Positions 46,060-56,173 of a DNA stretch of 64,000 bases are shown here, in pieces. The DNA lies in the IMG/VR virus record IMGVR_UViG_3300031998_000057, positions 1 through 64,000 of that record; one strand, 5' to 3'. A program made the translations under genes and the position numbers. Position 1 is the stretch's first letter. Every line of letters starts with the position of its first letter. Source of the DNA: a virus (taxonomy: Duplodnaviria > Caudoviricetes). A model generated the notes under the pieces. The model searched no databases and was not told the origin of the DNA. It saw only the letters and a program-made list of their open reading frames with translations.

Positions 46060-46757
46060 ACAAGCACCACCTTCGGCGGGTTTTTCCGCACGGTCTTCGT
46101 GTAGGCGCAGACCTGTTCATAGTCCCGCAGGGCGTCGTAAAACGCGATCCTTGTGCGTCCGAGCGCCTGCGAGGTCTTTTCCGTATAGTTTGCCTCGTTC
46201 ACGGTGGTAAACGAGGAGTCGTGGATTTTCGGCTGTCTGTTGATCCAAGTTCCGTAGAAGCGCTCCTCCCACACGAGCGCGACGGCAAGCGCAAAGAGCC
46301 GCATCTGACTTTCGCTCAGATCGGCAAAGCTGCCGTCTGTGTAGAAGTCGAGCTGATAGCTGATGCCCGCCTGCGTCTGCACGGGGAAGATCACGATCCC
46401 CGCTTCCGCGTCGTATTCGACGGCGTAAGGCGTCTGCAATACGCGCCCGTCGTCCAGCACTTCAACGCTCACGCAGGAGCAGATGTCGAAGCCCGTCTGC
46501 TCCGTGGCGACCGCGGTTTCCACTACGGTGCTTTCCGCCGTGCTCGTCCAGTAAAATTCGCCGAAGGATGGGTCTTCCTTCTCGCTGAGAAGATAGTCCA
46601 AAAGTTCCGGCGGCTTATTCAGCATCGGAACGGCAGAGGAGACGAAAAGCGCCATCCGTCGGTAATAGAGCGCCGGAGAAACGCTCAGCTCCTCCGTCAG
46701 CCGCAGATCGTCGATCCAGACCATCGCGGCGGAGCAGATATCAGCCCACGTTGTCAT
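46056..46757 (-). CDS. putative head completion/adaptor protein
   Basis: Position after the capsid genes. Confidence 0.55.
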   Translation of the reverse strand: MTTWADICSAAMVWIDDLRLTEELSVSPALYYRRMALFVSSAVPMLNKPPELLDYLLSEKEDPSFGEFYWTSTAESTVVETAVATEQTGFDICSCVSVEVLDDGRVLQTPYAVEYDAEAGIVIFPVQTQAGISYQLDFYTDGSFADLSESQMRLFALAVALVWEERFYGTWINRQPKIHDSSFTTVNEANYTEKTSQALGRTRIAFYDALRDYEQVCAYTKTVRKNPPKVVLV

Positions 46758-46788
46758 CTTTTCGCCTCCCTGAAATCCGAAAGCCTGT

Positions 46789-47505
46789 TTACTTCTTCTT
46801 GCGCCTCCTGTCGGCCTCGTTCATGGCCTCCAGGATGGCGTCAAAGTCCCCGTTCTCGCTCCCCAGCTCAATGCTGATGTCGTTGAGCCTCGTCACAACG
46901 TCGCGCCTGACGTGCGGGTTCTTGGCGATAAACGCCTCATAATAGCGCTTCGCCACCATTTCCCGATGTCCGGGGCAGAGCTTCGGGTAGATGTCGATGA
47001 TCTTGTCCTCAAGTTCGACCATCTTGGCGAAGGCCATCTTGTCCAGCAGCTCGCCGTCCTTGTAGGCCACGCCGTAGATCTCGCGCTCCTCATCCGTCAT
47101 GCCGTCCACGACGATGATCCAACGCCTTCGCATCCACTCGCGGAATTGTCCGTCCATCACGCGGGAAAGCTCCGTCTTCGGGATCACGAACTCGCCGTAT
47201 TTCCCGATGATCGGCGCATAGCCGCTCGACGCGCCGCCGATGGAGAGCCGGTTGTCGGGGGCGACCTCCGCCTGCCACAGAAAATGCACCTTCTCAACGT
47301 CCGCTGAGATTTGGACGACCTGCGGGGCTGCCTTCTGCGCCGCCAGCGCTTCCGCCACGGCCTGCGCCACCATCGCCCGAACTTCTTCCTCGTTGAACGT
47401 CTTCGCGGCGGTATCGGCTGCCACGGGGCGTTCTGCCGCCGCTTCCGGCGCGGTCTCCGCCTTTTTCGGCCTTCCGCCGCCCGTCTTTTTCTTCGTCTCA
47501 GCCAT
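46789..47505 (-). CDS. hypothetical head-region protein
   Basis: Position. Confidence 0.55.
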   Translation of the reverse strand: MAETKKKTGGGRPKKAETAPEAAAERPVAADTAAKTFNEEEVRAMVAQAVAEALAAQKAAPQVVQISADVEKVHFLWQAEVAPDNRLSIGGASSGYAPIIGKYGEFVIPKTELSRVMDGQFREWMRRRWIIVVDGMTDEEREIYGVAYKDGELLDKMAFAKMVELEDKIIDIYPKLCPGHREMVAKRYYEAFIAKNPHVRRDVVTRLNDISIELGSENGDFDAILEAMNEADRRRKKK

Positions 47506-47657
47506 TTCAAAAACTCCTTTCGGTTCTTCTGACTATCGACTATTGACTTTCGACTATATAAACCCGCCCGCCGGTGCTGCCCCGGCGCTCACGGCCTGCC
47601 CGCGGGATGCTGGGGCGGCGGAAAGCCGCCCCTTTTGCGCTGATGCGCGGGATTTGC

Positions 47658-48896
47658 TCAGATATTGATGAGACCCACCTTGCTGGAAAATACCGCCACC
47701 GCGTCCGTTGCAAACGTGATGTTGTAGACCAGCTCCAGGGAAGCGACCTCCGAAGGCGTCCACTCCAGGGTAATGGGGGTGTCCTCGTTGAAAGCGATCA
47801 CGAGCGGCTTTCTGCCGTTGCCGGAGAGCATCCAGATCTTGGTCGGGTCGAGGATGGTCTCGACGGAGCCGTACTGTGTGCCGGGAACGATGGCGTCAAC
47901 AAGCGGCATGAGCATGACGCCCATGTACTGACCGAGATAGCCCTGACGGGTGAAGTCCGCGCCCAGCATGGTCGCAATGGCCGCGTCCATGTTCACGTTG
48001 GTCGAGCCGGTCACGTCGGTGGGGAGCACCTTGGAGAGCGCCACGGCGTTGCCGAAAGCGTAGATGTTGCCCCAGAAGGTGTTCTGCACGGCGGAGAGCT
48101 TGGTTGCCAGCGTGACCCAGTTGGTCTGATCGAAGGTGTAGGTCAGGCCGGAGGGGATCTTCGTGGTGTCGGAGGCAGCCGCGTTCATCATCTTCGACCA
48201 CATACCCATGACGTAGGCGTACATACCGGCGGCAACGTTGGCATAGTATCTGCCGAAATCGGTGTCGTTGCCGACTACCTGGGTCCATTTGGCACGAATC
48301 TCAGCCGTTTTCGGCGTCGGGTTGAGGGTGTAGTCCTTCGTATAGAAGCGGTTGGCGGGAACGCTGCGGGACGCCCCCCATGCCGAATCCTGGAATACGA
48401 CAATCTCCGAGCTTTCCACGGTGATGGCCTTGGTCTCGCCGAAGCCCACGTTCTCCATGTCGGCAAAGACGCTTACGGCCTCGCTGAAGACGCGGGGCAG
48501 GATGGGGTTGATAACGTCCTGATCGATGCCCTGGAGGACACGGTGGAAGATCGGGTCGCTGCGGAAGTTCTGCTGCATGGCGCGGAACTCCTCGTCGGTT
48601 TCGGGAGCGCATCTGCCGGTCACTTCGCAGGCTTTCTTCGCGGCGTACATACGGCGGGCGCGGAGGAACCGGCGGTTCATCTCCGTATACTCGTCGGCGG
48701 TCATGCGGGGCTTCACTTCGGGGTTGACGCTCTTGGCGGCGAGCCGGACGGCGTTCTGTCCGCGGGCGGTGAAGTCATAGAAGAGGCTGCGGCCAGCCGC
48801 CACGATGCGGGCGCGGTCAAGGCTGCGATCCTGGTCTTTATCGGCGCACACCCGGAAAACGTCGGGGTTCAGGGTGCAGAGGGTCAGATTAGCCAT
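47658..48896 (-). CDS. major capsid protein
   Basis: 412 aa after protease and decoration genes. Confidence 0.75.
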   Translation of the reverse strand: MANLTLCTLNPDVFRVCADKDQDRSLDRARIVAAGRSLFYDFTARGQNAVRLAAKSVNPEVKPRMTADEYTEMNRRFLRARRMYAAKKACEVTGRCAPETDEEFRAMQQNFRSDPIFHRVLQGIDQDVINPILPRVFSEAVSVFADMENVGFGETKAITVESSEIVVFQDSAWGASRSVPANRFYTKDYTLNPTPKTAEIRAKWTQVVGNDTDFGRYYANVAAGMYAYVMGMWSKMMNAAASDTTKIPSGLTYTFDQTNWVTLATKLSAVQNTFWGNIYAFGNAVALSKVLPTDVTGSTNVNMDAAIATMLGADFTRQGYLGQYMGVMLMPLVDAIVPGTQYGSVETILDPTKIWMLSGNGRKPLVIAFNEDTPITLEWTPSEVASLELVYNITFATDAVAVFSSKVGLINI

Positions 48897-48923
48897 TGTC
48901 TTTCACTCCTTTCTTTTCGCGGG

Positions 48924-49523
48924 TCAGGCCGTGACCTTGTGGCCGATCACGTCCACATAGTCGTAGGCCGCGCCGTTTCCGGCGACGAAAGTGCCGGTCA
49001 CGTGCAGCTCAAAGTACACGCTTCCTGCGGTTGCGGGAGCGGAAGCTGCGGGAACGAGCAGGCCGTCGTCGATGGTGAAATAGGTATTGGTGCTGAGACT
49101 GGCGCTCAGATTGCCGATGCCGAAGCGGTAGATGCTCTGACCGTCGAAATCGACGCGGCAGAAATTGCCGAAGCGTCCGGCGGGGATGCCGAGGCCGAGG
49201 GTTTCCGTGCCGACGGCGTAGACGTTGCCGTTCGGGGCAGTGATAAGCGGCCAGTCGTGCGGGTCGCAGGCATAGATCACATCGTCAGCCGTCACGCTGT
49301 CGGGGGCGGCCTCGAAGTACCAGGTGTTCTCGTTGTACACGCGGGTCCCGTTGGGATCGTCGAACGCCTGATTGGGGATCAGCCCCCTTCTCACGCAGAG
49401 GATACCGGCGGAGCAGTCAGCCGCGGCGCCGAGGACCTGATACTGACCGGCTACGTTGGCCCGCTGATCGTACATATGGTTGGTAAGCCGCGCCTCAAAC
49501 GCGGTATTTGCGATAAAAGCCAT
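48924..49523 (-). CDS. putative head decoration protein
   Basis: 199 aa between scaffold and capsid. Confidence 0.55.
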   Translation of the reverse strand: MAFIANTAFEARLTNHMYDQRANVAGQYQVLGAAADCSAGILCVRRGLIPNQAFDDPNGTRVYNENTWYFEAAPDSVTADDVIYACDPHDWPLITAPNGNVYAVGTETLGLGIPAGRFGNFCRVDFDGQSIYRFGIGNLSASLSTNTYFTIDDGLLVPAASAPATAGSVYFELHVTGTFVAGNGAAYDYVDVIGHKVTA

Positions 49524-49546
49524 TGTTTTTCACTCCTTTTCCGTTA

Positions 49547-50944
49547 TTACAGGGAGGCGAGCAGGGCGGCGGGGGAACCGTCGTCCGCGCCGTTTCCTTC
49601 GCTCAGACGCGCCCACACGAACTGCGTCTTGCCGTTCTGCTTGGCGTCCAGCTTCATCTGCTCGTCGGCGCAGAGGGCTTTTACGTCCTTCTCCACGGCG
49701 GCAAGGCCGATCCAGTTGCCGTCTGCGTCCATAGCGGCGTTGTAAGCGCCGCTCTCGGCGTTGGCAACCACGGCGGAGATCACGCTGTCCGCGACCTTCT
49801 CACTGCGGTTGGCGTTGTAGGCGGCAAGGATGCTGCGGGCGTGCTCGGCGGCGGCGGTCTTCCGGCGCTTGGTCTCGAACTCGCGCATGGCGTTGAGCTG
49901 GTTCTTCGTCTCCTCAAGCTCGGAGGACAGGCGGGTGTTTTCGGCACAGAGCGCGTCCTTCTCGCAGTTGGCGGAGGAAACTTCTTCGCAGATCACGTCC
50001 CCGGCCTCGGCGCACATCTCTTCATCGCCCTCGGCGGCCTCCATGCGGATGGTCGCGGAGCAGGCCGTGAACTTTTCGGGATATACGTTCTCTTCGCCGA
50101 CGCCCATCTCGTAGGAGCAGAACGTGAAGTCGCTCTTGCGCATGAGCATCACACGGGTCACGCCGTCCTTGCGGGAAGCGGCCAGCACCCGGTAATCACC
50201 GCCGACCTTTTCCTGAAGCTCCTTGAGCTGTGCCTTGGAAAAAATCATGGTTTTTTCAACTCCTTTTTTCGTTGAATCGTTTTGCGGCTTGTTATGGCTG
50301 TCGTTGTTCAGATAGGAAGCGGCTCTCAATTTCAATTCATTCAGCTCGCTTCCGATCTCTGTAAGCATCGCAATGTGCGCGTCCGCCACTGCGGGCGCAG
50401 CGCCGTGTCCGAGGATCGTTACTCCGAGAGGTTCATACGACTCCTCAACTTCCACGCCGTCTTCCATGCGGCTTTTTGTGACAAGCGCTTCTATGCTCAC
50501 GCTCATGCTGCGCCCCTGTCGCGCATCATCAGCGATTTGCAAGCAGAGTTCGTGCGAATACCACGCCCACAGGAACCCGCTCCCCACTGTCCAAAGAGCG
50601 CCGTCCCTTTCTTCAAGGCGAATATCGCTTTCTTTATCGCTCAACGCGCCGCAAATCCGCTCTGCGGTCGCGTCTGTAAAGGACTGATACTCTTTTCCGT
50701 TCCTGTCGATCCGCGTCGCCTGATTGTGACCGTCTCCGGGCGTTCTGCCGCCGTTGACGTAAGCAACCAGAATAGGCTTTCCTGCCCACTTTGCCCTGTG
50801 CTGTTCAAGATTGACGAACTGCCAGTTGTTGCGGTTCACCTTATCGTTCAGAAGCCAAAGCTCCACGGGAAAGATGAAATCGTTGTCGCTTTGCAGGACT
50901 TTCAGTTCTCCCTGTATGCTTCTGTATTCCGGCACGTTGCTCAC
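49547..50944 (-). CDS. prohead protease/scaffold fusion
   Basis: N.N.W..GH..SMSVSIE..G.TILG..PA, then a coiled coil. Confidence 0.7.
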   Translation of the reverse strand: MSNVPEYRSIQGELKVLQSDNDFIFPVELWLLNDKVNRNNWQFVNLEQHRAKWAGKPILVAYVNGGRTPGDGHNQATRIDRNGKEYQSFTDATAERICGALSDKESDIRLEERDGALWTVGSGFLWAWYSHELCLQIADDARQGRSMSVSIEALVTKSRMEDGVEVEESYEPLGVTILGHGAAPAVADAHIAMLTEIGSELNELKLRAASYLNNDSHNKPQNDSTKKGVEKTMIFSKAQLKELQEKVGGDYRVLAASRKDGVTRVMLMRKSDFTFCSYEMGVGEENVYPEKFTACSATIRMEAAEGDEEMCAEAGDVICEEVSSANCEKDALCAENTRLSSELEETKNQLNAMREFETKRRKTAAAEHARSILAAYNANRSEKVADSVISAVVANAESGAYNAAMDADGNWIGLAAVEKDVKALCADEQMKLDAKQNGKTQFVWARLSEGNGADDGSPAALLASL

Positions 50945-50954
50945 TTCCTTTCCC

Positions 50955-52712
50955 CTATTGCGTCGGGCTGTCCATGTCCTGCTCCTGGCCGTCCGAGGTC
51001 ACGCCCTCGCTCTTCGGTCTGCCGCCCTTCGGGGGGAGGCCGCTGTCCGCCTGTTTCGCGGAATAAGAACTGACAAGAGGGATTCTGCGGTCAAGCAATT
51101 CGCTTTCCACAACGGCGTCGCTCCATGCGATATCGTCCAGGATGGAACGATCCTTGAGCGCGTTGTACTCGATTGTCGCGGGCAGGATGCCGAGGGTCAT
51201 ATCTTCGCGCAGGCTCTTTTCCAGCTTCTCGTCGTCCGCGAGCGATCCAAACATGGCAAACCGCCATTCATAGCGGAGGTTCAGCTCGTAAATGACGACG
51301 TTCATCATGCGCTCGAAGCCGCGGTACACCGTCTGCGGCATACGGCTTTCGATTGCGAGGCTCACCTGCACGGCTCCGGCTCTTGCCTCGGACGTGGAGG
51401 GGATGATCGCCGAAAGGCCCGTTTTCGCGCCGAGGTCTTCCATGCCCCTGGAGATGATCTCCGTGGCGTTCGGCGCTTCATTCAGGCTTTCCAAGCGCAT
51501 ATTTTCAAACGGACCCGCGAAGAAGCCGATGCCGCCCGTATTGTTCGCCGCGAGCATCTGATACCACAGCGACTCAAAGAGAAGCCGTCCCGCGTTGGAA
51601 AGCTTGTATTGATCGGCCTCGTTGCTGTTCTGATTGTCCCAGTACGGTATGGACCCGACGAGACACGAGATCAAAGGATTTTGCAGAAGATTGAGCTGGA
51701 TGTCTTGCATCTGCGAAAGCTGGATGAGGTCGATAAACATTCCGGCAAACGGGGGAATGACGTTGCGCTCCGTATCGTCCGCTTCGATGACGAATACCTT
51801 GTCCACGGGCAGCGTGACCCAATAGAACCAGCGCCCGTTTTCGGCGTAAGCCTCAACACCGTCCAGCGCCGCCGCCCTTACGCGACTGAGATCCAGCCCC
51901 GTGTGCTTCGCGTAAACGACCTTGCGCCTGTCGATCCCCAGCTTCGGAGCGGGCGTCAGAGCATCGTAAAAAGCGCCGACGTAAGGCTCCAGCAAATCGC
52001 CGAATTGCCGCCAATCCGTCCCAATCTGACAGAAATACATGAGGTTGAAGGCCACCGTGTATTTGCTCACGTTGTTGTAGCCGACGATCTTGCACCAATC
52101 GGACGGAAGCTGCTGCAAGAAAGCGTAATTCACGCTGTTGTGCGCCTTGTCCACGCTCACGCGGGGCGTTACGAATACTTTGCCCTGCTGCAAGGCGAGG
52201 CCGCAAAGCTCATGGCACTTGTCCTTCGGGTTCACGGTCTGCCGCAGCTTCTCCACGAGCTTCCATTCGCGCCAGAAGTCGTCGCGCTTCGCGTCCTCTT
52301 TGTCCGTGAGGTTCGGCGCAACGTAGGAATGGTAGGTGAGAAGGTTCTGATACATCGTGCGGATGTGGAGCATCGGATAGGCGAAGTATTCAAGGCCCTT
52401 CTCCACAGCCCGCAGTTCGCGCTCACTGCTGTCCGGCTTCTTGATAAACTCCGCCACCTGATCCTTGGAGTAGTCGGCGGGTCTCGTCTCTATGGCCTTG
52501 ACGCGGCGGTTCTGCACATAGGGATTAGGCGTGTACATATTGCCGATCCCGCCAATGCCTCCGAAGCCGCCCGCCTCATTGAAAGCGGAGAGCAGCTTTG
52601 CCGCGCTCATGTTTCCGTACTTCTGCGACAGCTCACGGAATTTGCCAAATATCTCAGGGAAAGAGCCTGCCGCGACGCTGTTGAGTTGTGCGTAGAGGTC
52701 TGTTCTTGCCAT
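50955..52712 (-). CDS. portal protein
   Basis: ~585 aa after the terminase; C-terminal GGRPK. Confidence 0.75.
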   Translation of the reverse strand: MARTDLYAQLNSVAAGSFPEIFGKFRELSQKYGNMSAAKLLSAFNEAGGFGGIGGIGNMYTPNPYVQNRRVKAIETRPADYSKDQVAEFIKKPDSSERELRAVEKGLEYFAYPMLHIRTMYQNLLTYHSYVAPNLTDKEDAKRDDFWREWKLVEKLRQTVNPKDKCHELCGLALQQGKVFVTPRVSVDKAHNSVNYAFLQQLPSDWCKIVGYNNVSKYTVAFNLMYFCQIGTDWRQFGDLLEPYVGAFYDALTPAPKLGIDRRKVVYAKHTGLDLSRVRAAALDGVEAYAENGRWFYWVTLPVDKVFVIEADDTERNVIPPFAGMFIDLIQLSQMQDIQLNLLQNPLISCLVGSIPYWDNQNSNEADQYKLSNAGRLLFESLWYQMLAANNTGGIGFFAGPFENMRLESLNEAPNATEIISRGMEDLGAKTGLSAIIPSTSEARAGAVQVSLAIESRMPQTVYRGFERMMNVVIYELNLRYEWRFAMFGSLADDEKLEKSLREDMTLGILPATIEYNALKDRSILDDIAWSDAVVESELLDRRIPLVSSYSAKQADSGLPPKGGRPKSEGVTSDGQEQDMDSPTQ

Positions 52713-52792
52713 CCGCAGATTTCGCTCCTTCCCGTTTTGCAAACATAGTTTTTCAGTTTACATTTTTTGGATAGCATAAAAAAAGCGGCATT

Positions 52793-52810
52793 TTCCCAAT
52801 ATAATGGGAA
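52793..52810. repeat. 18-bp palindrome TTCCCA-ATATAA-TGGGAA, copy 1
   Basis: Intergenic, upstream of the portal; identical to 57137-57154. Confidence 0.85.
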
Positions 52811-52845
52811 AAAACCGCTGTTTTTTGCGTTTTGTCCTGTTTTTT

Positions 52846-53166
52846 TCAGGCGTTTTCCTGTTTTTTCAGTTCTTCCTCAAGCGCTTTGATGCGCTCCGCA
52901 AGGTTTTTGCGTATCTCGTCCTGCCGCTTCTGCGCGTCCTCGAAAAGCAGCTCCACGTTACAGGCGGCAAGCCATTCGGTCTCGCTCCGGCTCAGACGCC
53001 AAAGGTCGTTTTCCCCGATCTCAACGCCCTTTTCAACGGGCTTATCGCTGTAGATTAGGGCGTATTTCCCGTTTGCCCGCGAAAACCGCGCTTTCCCCGC
53101 CGCCATGATGCCGTCCGAGTCCGGCTTCAGCACATAAAGCCGCCACGTCGTCTTTTCCCCGCTCAA
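52846..53166 (-). CDS. hypothetical protein
   Basis: Coupled to the terminase stop. Confidence 0.6.
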   Translation of the reverse strand: MSGEKTTWRLYVLKPDSDGIMAAGKARFSRANGKYALIYSDKPVEKGVEIGENDLWRLSRSETEWLAACNVELLFEDAQKRQDEIRKNLAERIKALEEELKKQENA

Positions 53167-55004
53167 TAGATACGACCTCCCCTTCTTCCCGTAAGCCGTC
53201 CGCTTCCCGCGTTCGGCGCGACCACGACGCCCATCTTGCGGAAGTCCTTCAAAAGCTCTTCGTAGTCGCTACGATTGTGCCTCGGCTGCAAATTGATGCG
53301 TTCCAATAGCTGGGCAAAGCGCAGGGCGTATTTAAGCGCGGACCAGCTATCGCGCTGAATACGCTGTGATATGCGCTTTTCGCGTATTCCCTGACCGCTC
53401 GGCTCTTCCCGCAGATTTTGTATCTGCCCGATCAGTTCGTTCGTTTTCAGATACGGTCTTGCTATCTTGTAGTTCATCGAGTCGTCCTTGATGCGGTGGT
53501 ATTTTTTGTACGCCTCAACGCCGTCGTTGGTGTTCCCCGTCAGAAGCTGCACGTTGGAATGCTCGAATTGCAGTTCTGCGTTCAGCACCATATCGCTTTC
53601 TTTGTCTGCTCCATAACTGCTTGCGCGGACCGGATATATTACCGGGATTGCACCCTGCAATTCCAGTCCCGTATAATCAAGGTGGTTGTAGCAGCAGAGC
53701 GGAACGCCCCCTCCGATGGGCTGCCCCATCAGGCTTGTGAGTACGCCGTCGCCGTAAGAGTTTGCGTCGATGACGATAAAGGTCTGGCTGTTGTCGAAGC
53801 AGAAACGGTTCCATATCCGCCGCAGCCTCTGCGCCTGTGCGATGGGCGTCGGCGTTTCGGCGGGAGACCAGTCTTCCAGCCATACAAGCTGTTTGAGATA
53901 CTTGTCCCGATGGTAGTAATCGTCCTGCTTCGTGCATTTCACCACCACGCAGGCGCATTTCGCGTTGGCCTTCGCGTCGCGGTAGCTCACGTCGTAGGCG
54001 ACGATATAGATCACTTCTTCGGGCTTCAGCTTATTATCCCTGTCCTTGCAGCAGTGATGTTCCTCCATGAGAAGGAGGGAGCGGCTTTCCGTCAGCACCT
54101 CGTCGCGGATGATGGGGTTCTTGTCCGAGCCGGAGTAGATGCTTTCCATCTCGCGCATCCACTGCGCCGCCGTCAGTTCGTTCCGTATGCTTTCCGCCCA
54201 GGCAACAGGGCGCATCTGCTCCAAAAGGATCACGTCGTAGGGCACGTCGATGACGTAAGCGCTCTTCCCCCTCGCCATCATGCGTCTGTGCTCCTTGCGC
54301 GTCTCGTAGGCGTACTGCTGCCTGCGTCCGGCGGACGTGATGCTGTCCTTTCGGAAATAGTGATAGGCGGGGCTTTGCAGGCCGTTCACACGGTATTCGC
54401 CTCGCACGGCGGGAATAACGACCTTCGCGTAGTTTTCCGCGTCGAAGGGCGGCGGCTCCTCCTGCGCCGTTTCCTCCGCCGTAGCGCGGTAAACCGTAGA
54501 ACCGCGCTTGTTGTCTATGCTGATTCGGCTCCCGTAGCTCGTGGAGACAACGAAGCGATCCGCGCCGTCAGACTCGACGGTATAAAGCGCCGTCAGCCCA
54601 GGATAGTTGTTTTCAAGCTGCTTGTGGATGTCGCTTGCGATCTTTGCCGTCTGTTTCAGACTTGGCCCCGCCACCGCCGTCGTTTCCCCCGGCCACATAA
54701 GCCCGTCCGTATAGCCGCCCGCCTGTCGGCAGTAGGATTTCGTCGCGCCGCGGCAGGCCGTAATGTCAACGCTGTCGTAATTGGCGTTGATCCGCAGGAA
54801 AACGCGCTGGATAAAGCTGAGATCAAAGTCCGCGCTTTCGGAGTGAAACAGATCGAGGAGGAAGTCGGGGAAAAAGCGGAAAAGGGCGATCAGATAAGGA
54901 AGCCCGTCACCAAAATTGTCATATTCCGCGTCGCGCTGGCTGCGCTTTTTTTGCCATCCGGTGTCTGCCCCCGTCCACACATAGTCCCGTCTATGAGCGC
55001 CCAT
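53163..55004 (-). CDS. terminase large subunit
   Basis: ACRGATKS (Walker A variant), ITSAG, AYDVS and RDSWSALKY nuclease motifs. Confidence 0.75.
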   Translation of the reverse strand: MGAHRRDYVWTGADTGWQKKRSQRDAEYDNFGDGLPYLIALFRFFPDFLLDLFHSESADFDLSFIQRVFLRINANYDSVDITACRGATKSYCRQAGGYTDGLMWPGETTAVAGPSLKQTAKIASDIHKQLENNYPGLTALYTVESDGADRFVVSTSYGSRISIDNKRGSTVYRATAEETAQEEPPPFDAENYAKVVIPAVRGEYRVNGLQSPAYHYFRKDSITSAGRRQQYAYETRKEHRRMMARGKSAYVIDVPYDVILLEQMRPVAWAESIRNELTAAQWMREMESIYSGSDKNPIIRDEVLTESRSLLLMEEHHCCKDRDNKLKPEEVIYIVAYDVSYRDAKANAKCACVVVKCTKQDDYYHRDKYLKQLVWLEDWSPAETPTPIAQAQRLRRIWNRFCFDNSQTFIVIDANSYGDGVLTSLMGQPIGGGVPLCCYNHLDYTGLELQGAIPVIYPVRASSYGADKESDMVLNAELQFEHSNVQLLTGNTNDGVEAYKKYHRIKDDSMNYKIARPYLKTNELIGQIQNLREEPSGQGIREKRISQRIQRDSWSALKYALRFAQLLERINLQPRHNRSDYEELLKDFRKMGVVVAPNAGSGRLTGRRGGRIY

Positions 55005-56173
55005 TATTCCATCACCTCTTCGGCATACCTCCAGTGAAAGCCCCCGGCAGTATAGTGGTGATTTACACAACACTTTCCAATATTACGCCGTTGGATGCCC
55101 GTTGCTTTCGCCGCCTCACTAACGCTCTCGTATCGTTCCAATGTTTCTACATTGATAACAGCACGCGGAATCCCAGCGTTTTGTATAGGCTTGTGACTAA
55201 TTCCTGTATTAACATCGGCATCTTTCAAATCAACATATTCCCATACATCGCCATGAACCGTTTTGCGTATCCCCTTGCAGACTCTTGCGATTGATGTATC
55301 GCTGTACCCGTACTTCCTCGCTGCTTCTGTTGCACTGGCAAATTCTTCTCCTGTTTTCTTGTTCCTAACAGGTTTCCGCCTTTTATACTTTTTCATCGGC
55401 ACGAAAGTCCCGTATTCTTCTTCGTAACAAAAGGCATATCCACCTGACCTCCTGCGCTTACCCTCGCACGTCAGAACTATCCCTGCGGCATTTACCCCAG
55501 TATCTCTTGCTGCCTCGTTAATACTGATGTATTTTTTGCCGGTATCTATGTTTATTACAGGTCGATATGCCCTGTTGATTTCCGGCTCAAACGATTCAGC
55601 GTCTTCCAAATAGCACCAATGATAACCGGCGGCTGTGTGAGACGGATTCCTAATCGCCAATATTATCGGTGTACACCCCGTCAGTCCCATTTGTCTTGCC
55701 GCTTCAGAAAGGCTCGGATAAATCACTCCCGTTTCATAGCAAAGAATCGGCTTTATAATTCCAACTTTCACCTTTGTTTCAAGCGCCTTTGCTATGGACT
55801 CAGGTGTTTGCTCTCTCCCCACTTTTGTGCGTTCTACTGTTGCACGGTCTCTGACTTCCTTTGGAACGTCTTTACATTTTGCTATATTCCCATACGGAAG
55901 AATGTTATACCCGTGATTTTTGTCTGTAGTCTTGTACTCCGCAATCAGAGTACGTTCTATGCTTTCTGCCTCTTCTTTTGTTAGGTCCTCGTACAGCACG
56001 ATGTGTTCGATGTTATCCCAACCGTATTTGTCTATCGCCTTTTTGAATGCGGAGCAAGTCTCATATCCTCGTCCATAAGCCCACCGCTCAGACACTTTTT
56101 TGCCTGTTATTCCGAAATACCTTTTACCGCTCGGGGTCTTATGACAATAAACGGTATATTTTTTCTCGCCCAT
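55004..56173 (-). CDS. GIY-YIG endonuclease with NUMOD1-type repeats (homing-endonuclease-like)
   Basis: VYC..KRYFGIT; repeated V.N.ETG..Y.S..EAA..TG..C..AGG..W.Y; lower GC. Confidence 0.8.
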   Translation of the reverse strand: MGEKKYTVYCHKTPSGKRYFGITGKKVSERWAYGRGYETCSAFKKAIDKYGWDNIEHIVLYEDLTKEEAESIERTLIAEYKTTDKNHGYNILPYGNIAKCKDVPKEVRDRATVERTKVGREQTPESIAKALETKVKVGIIKPILCYETGVIYPSLSEAARQMGLTGCTPIILAIRNPSHTAAGYHWCYLEDAESFEPEINRAYRPVINIDTGKKYISINEAARDTGVNAAGIVLTCEGKRRRSGGYAFCYEEEYGTFVPMKKYKRRKPVRNKKTGEEFASATEAARKYGYSDTSIARVCKGIRKTVHGDVWEYVDLKDADVNTGISHKPIQNAGIPRAVINVETLERYESVSEAAKATGIQRRNIGKCCVNHHYTAGGFHWRYAEEVME

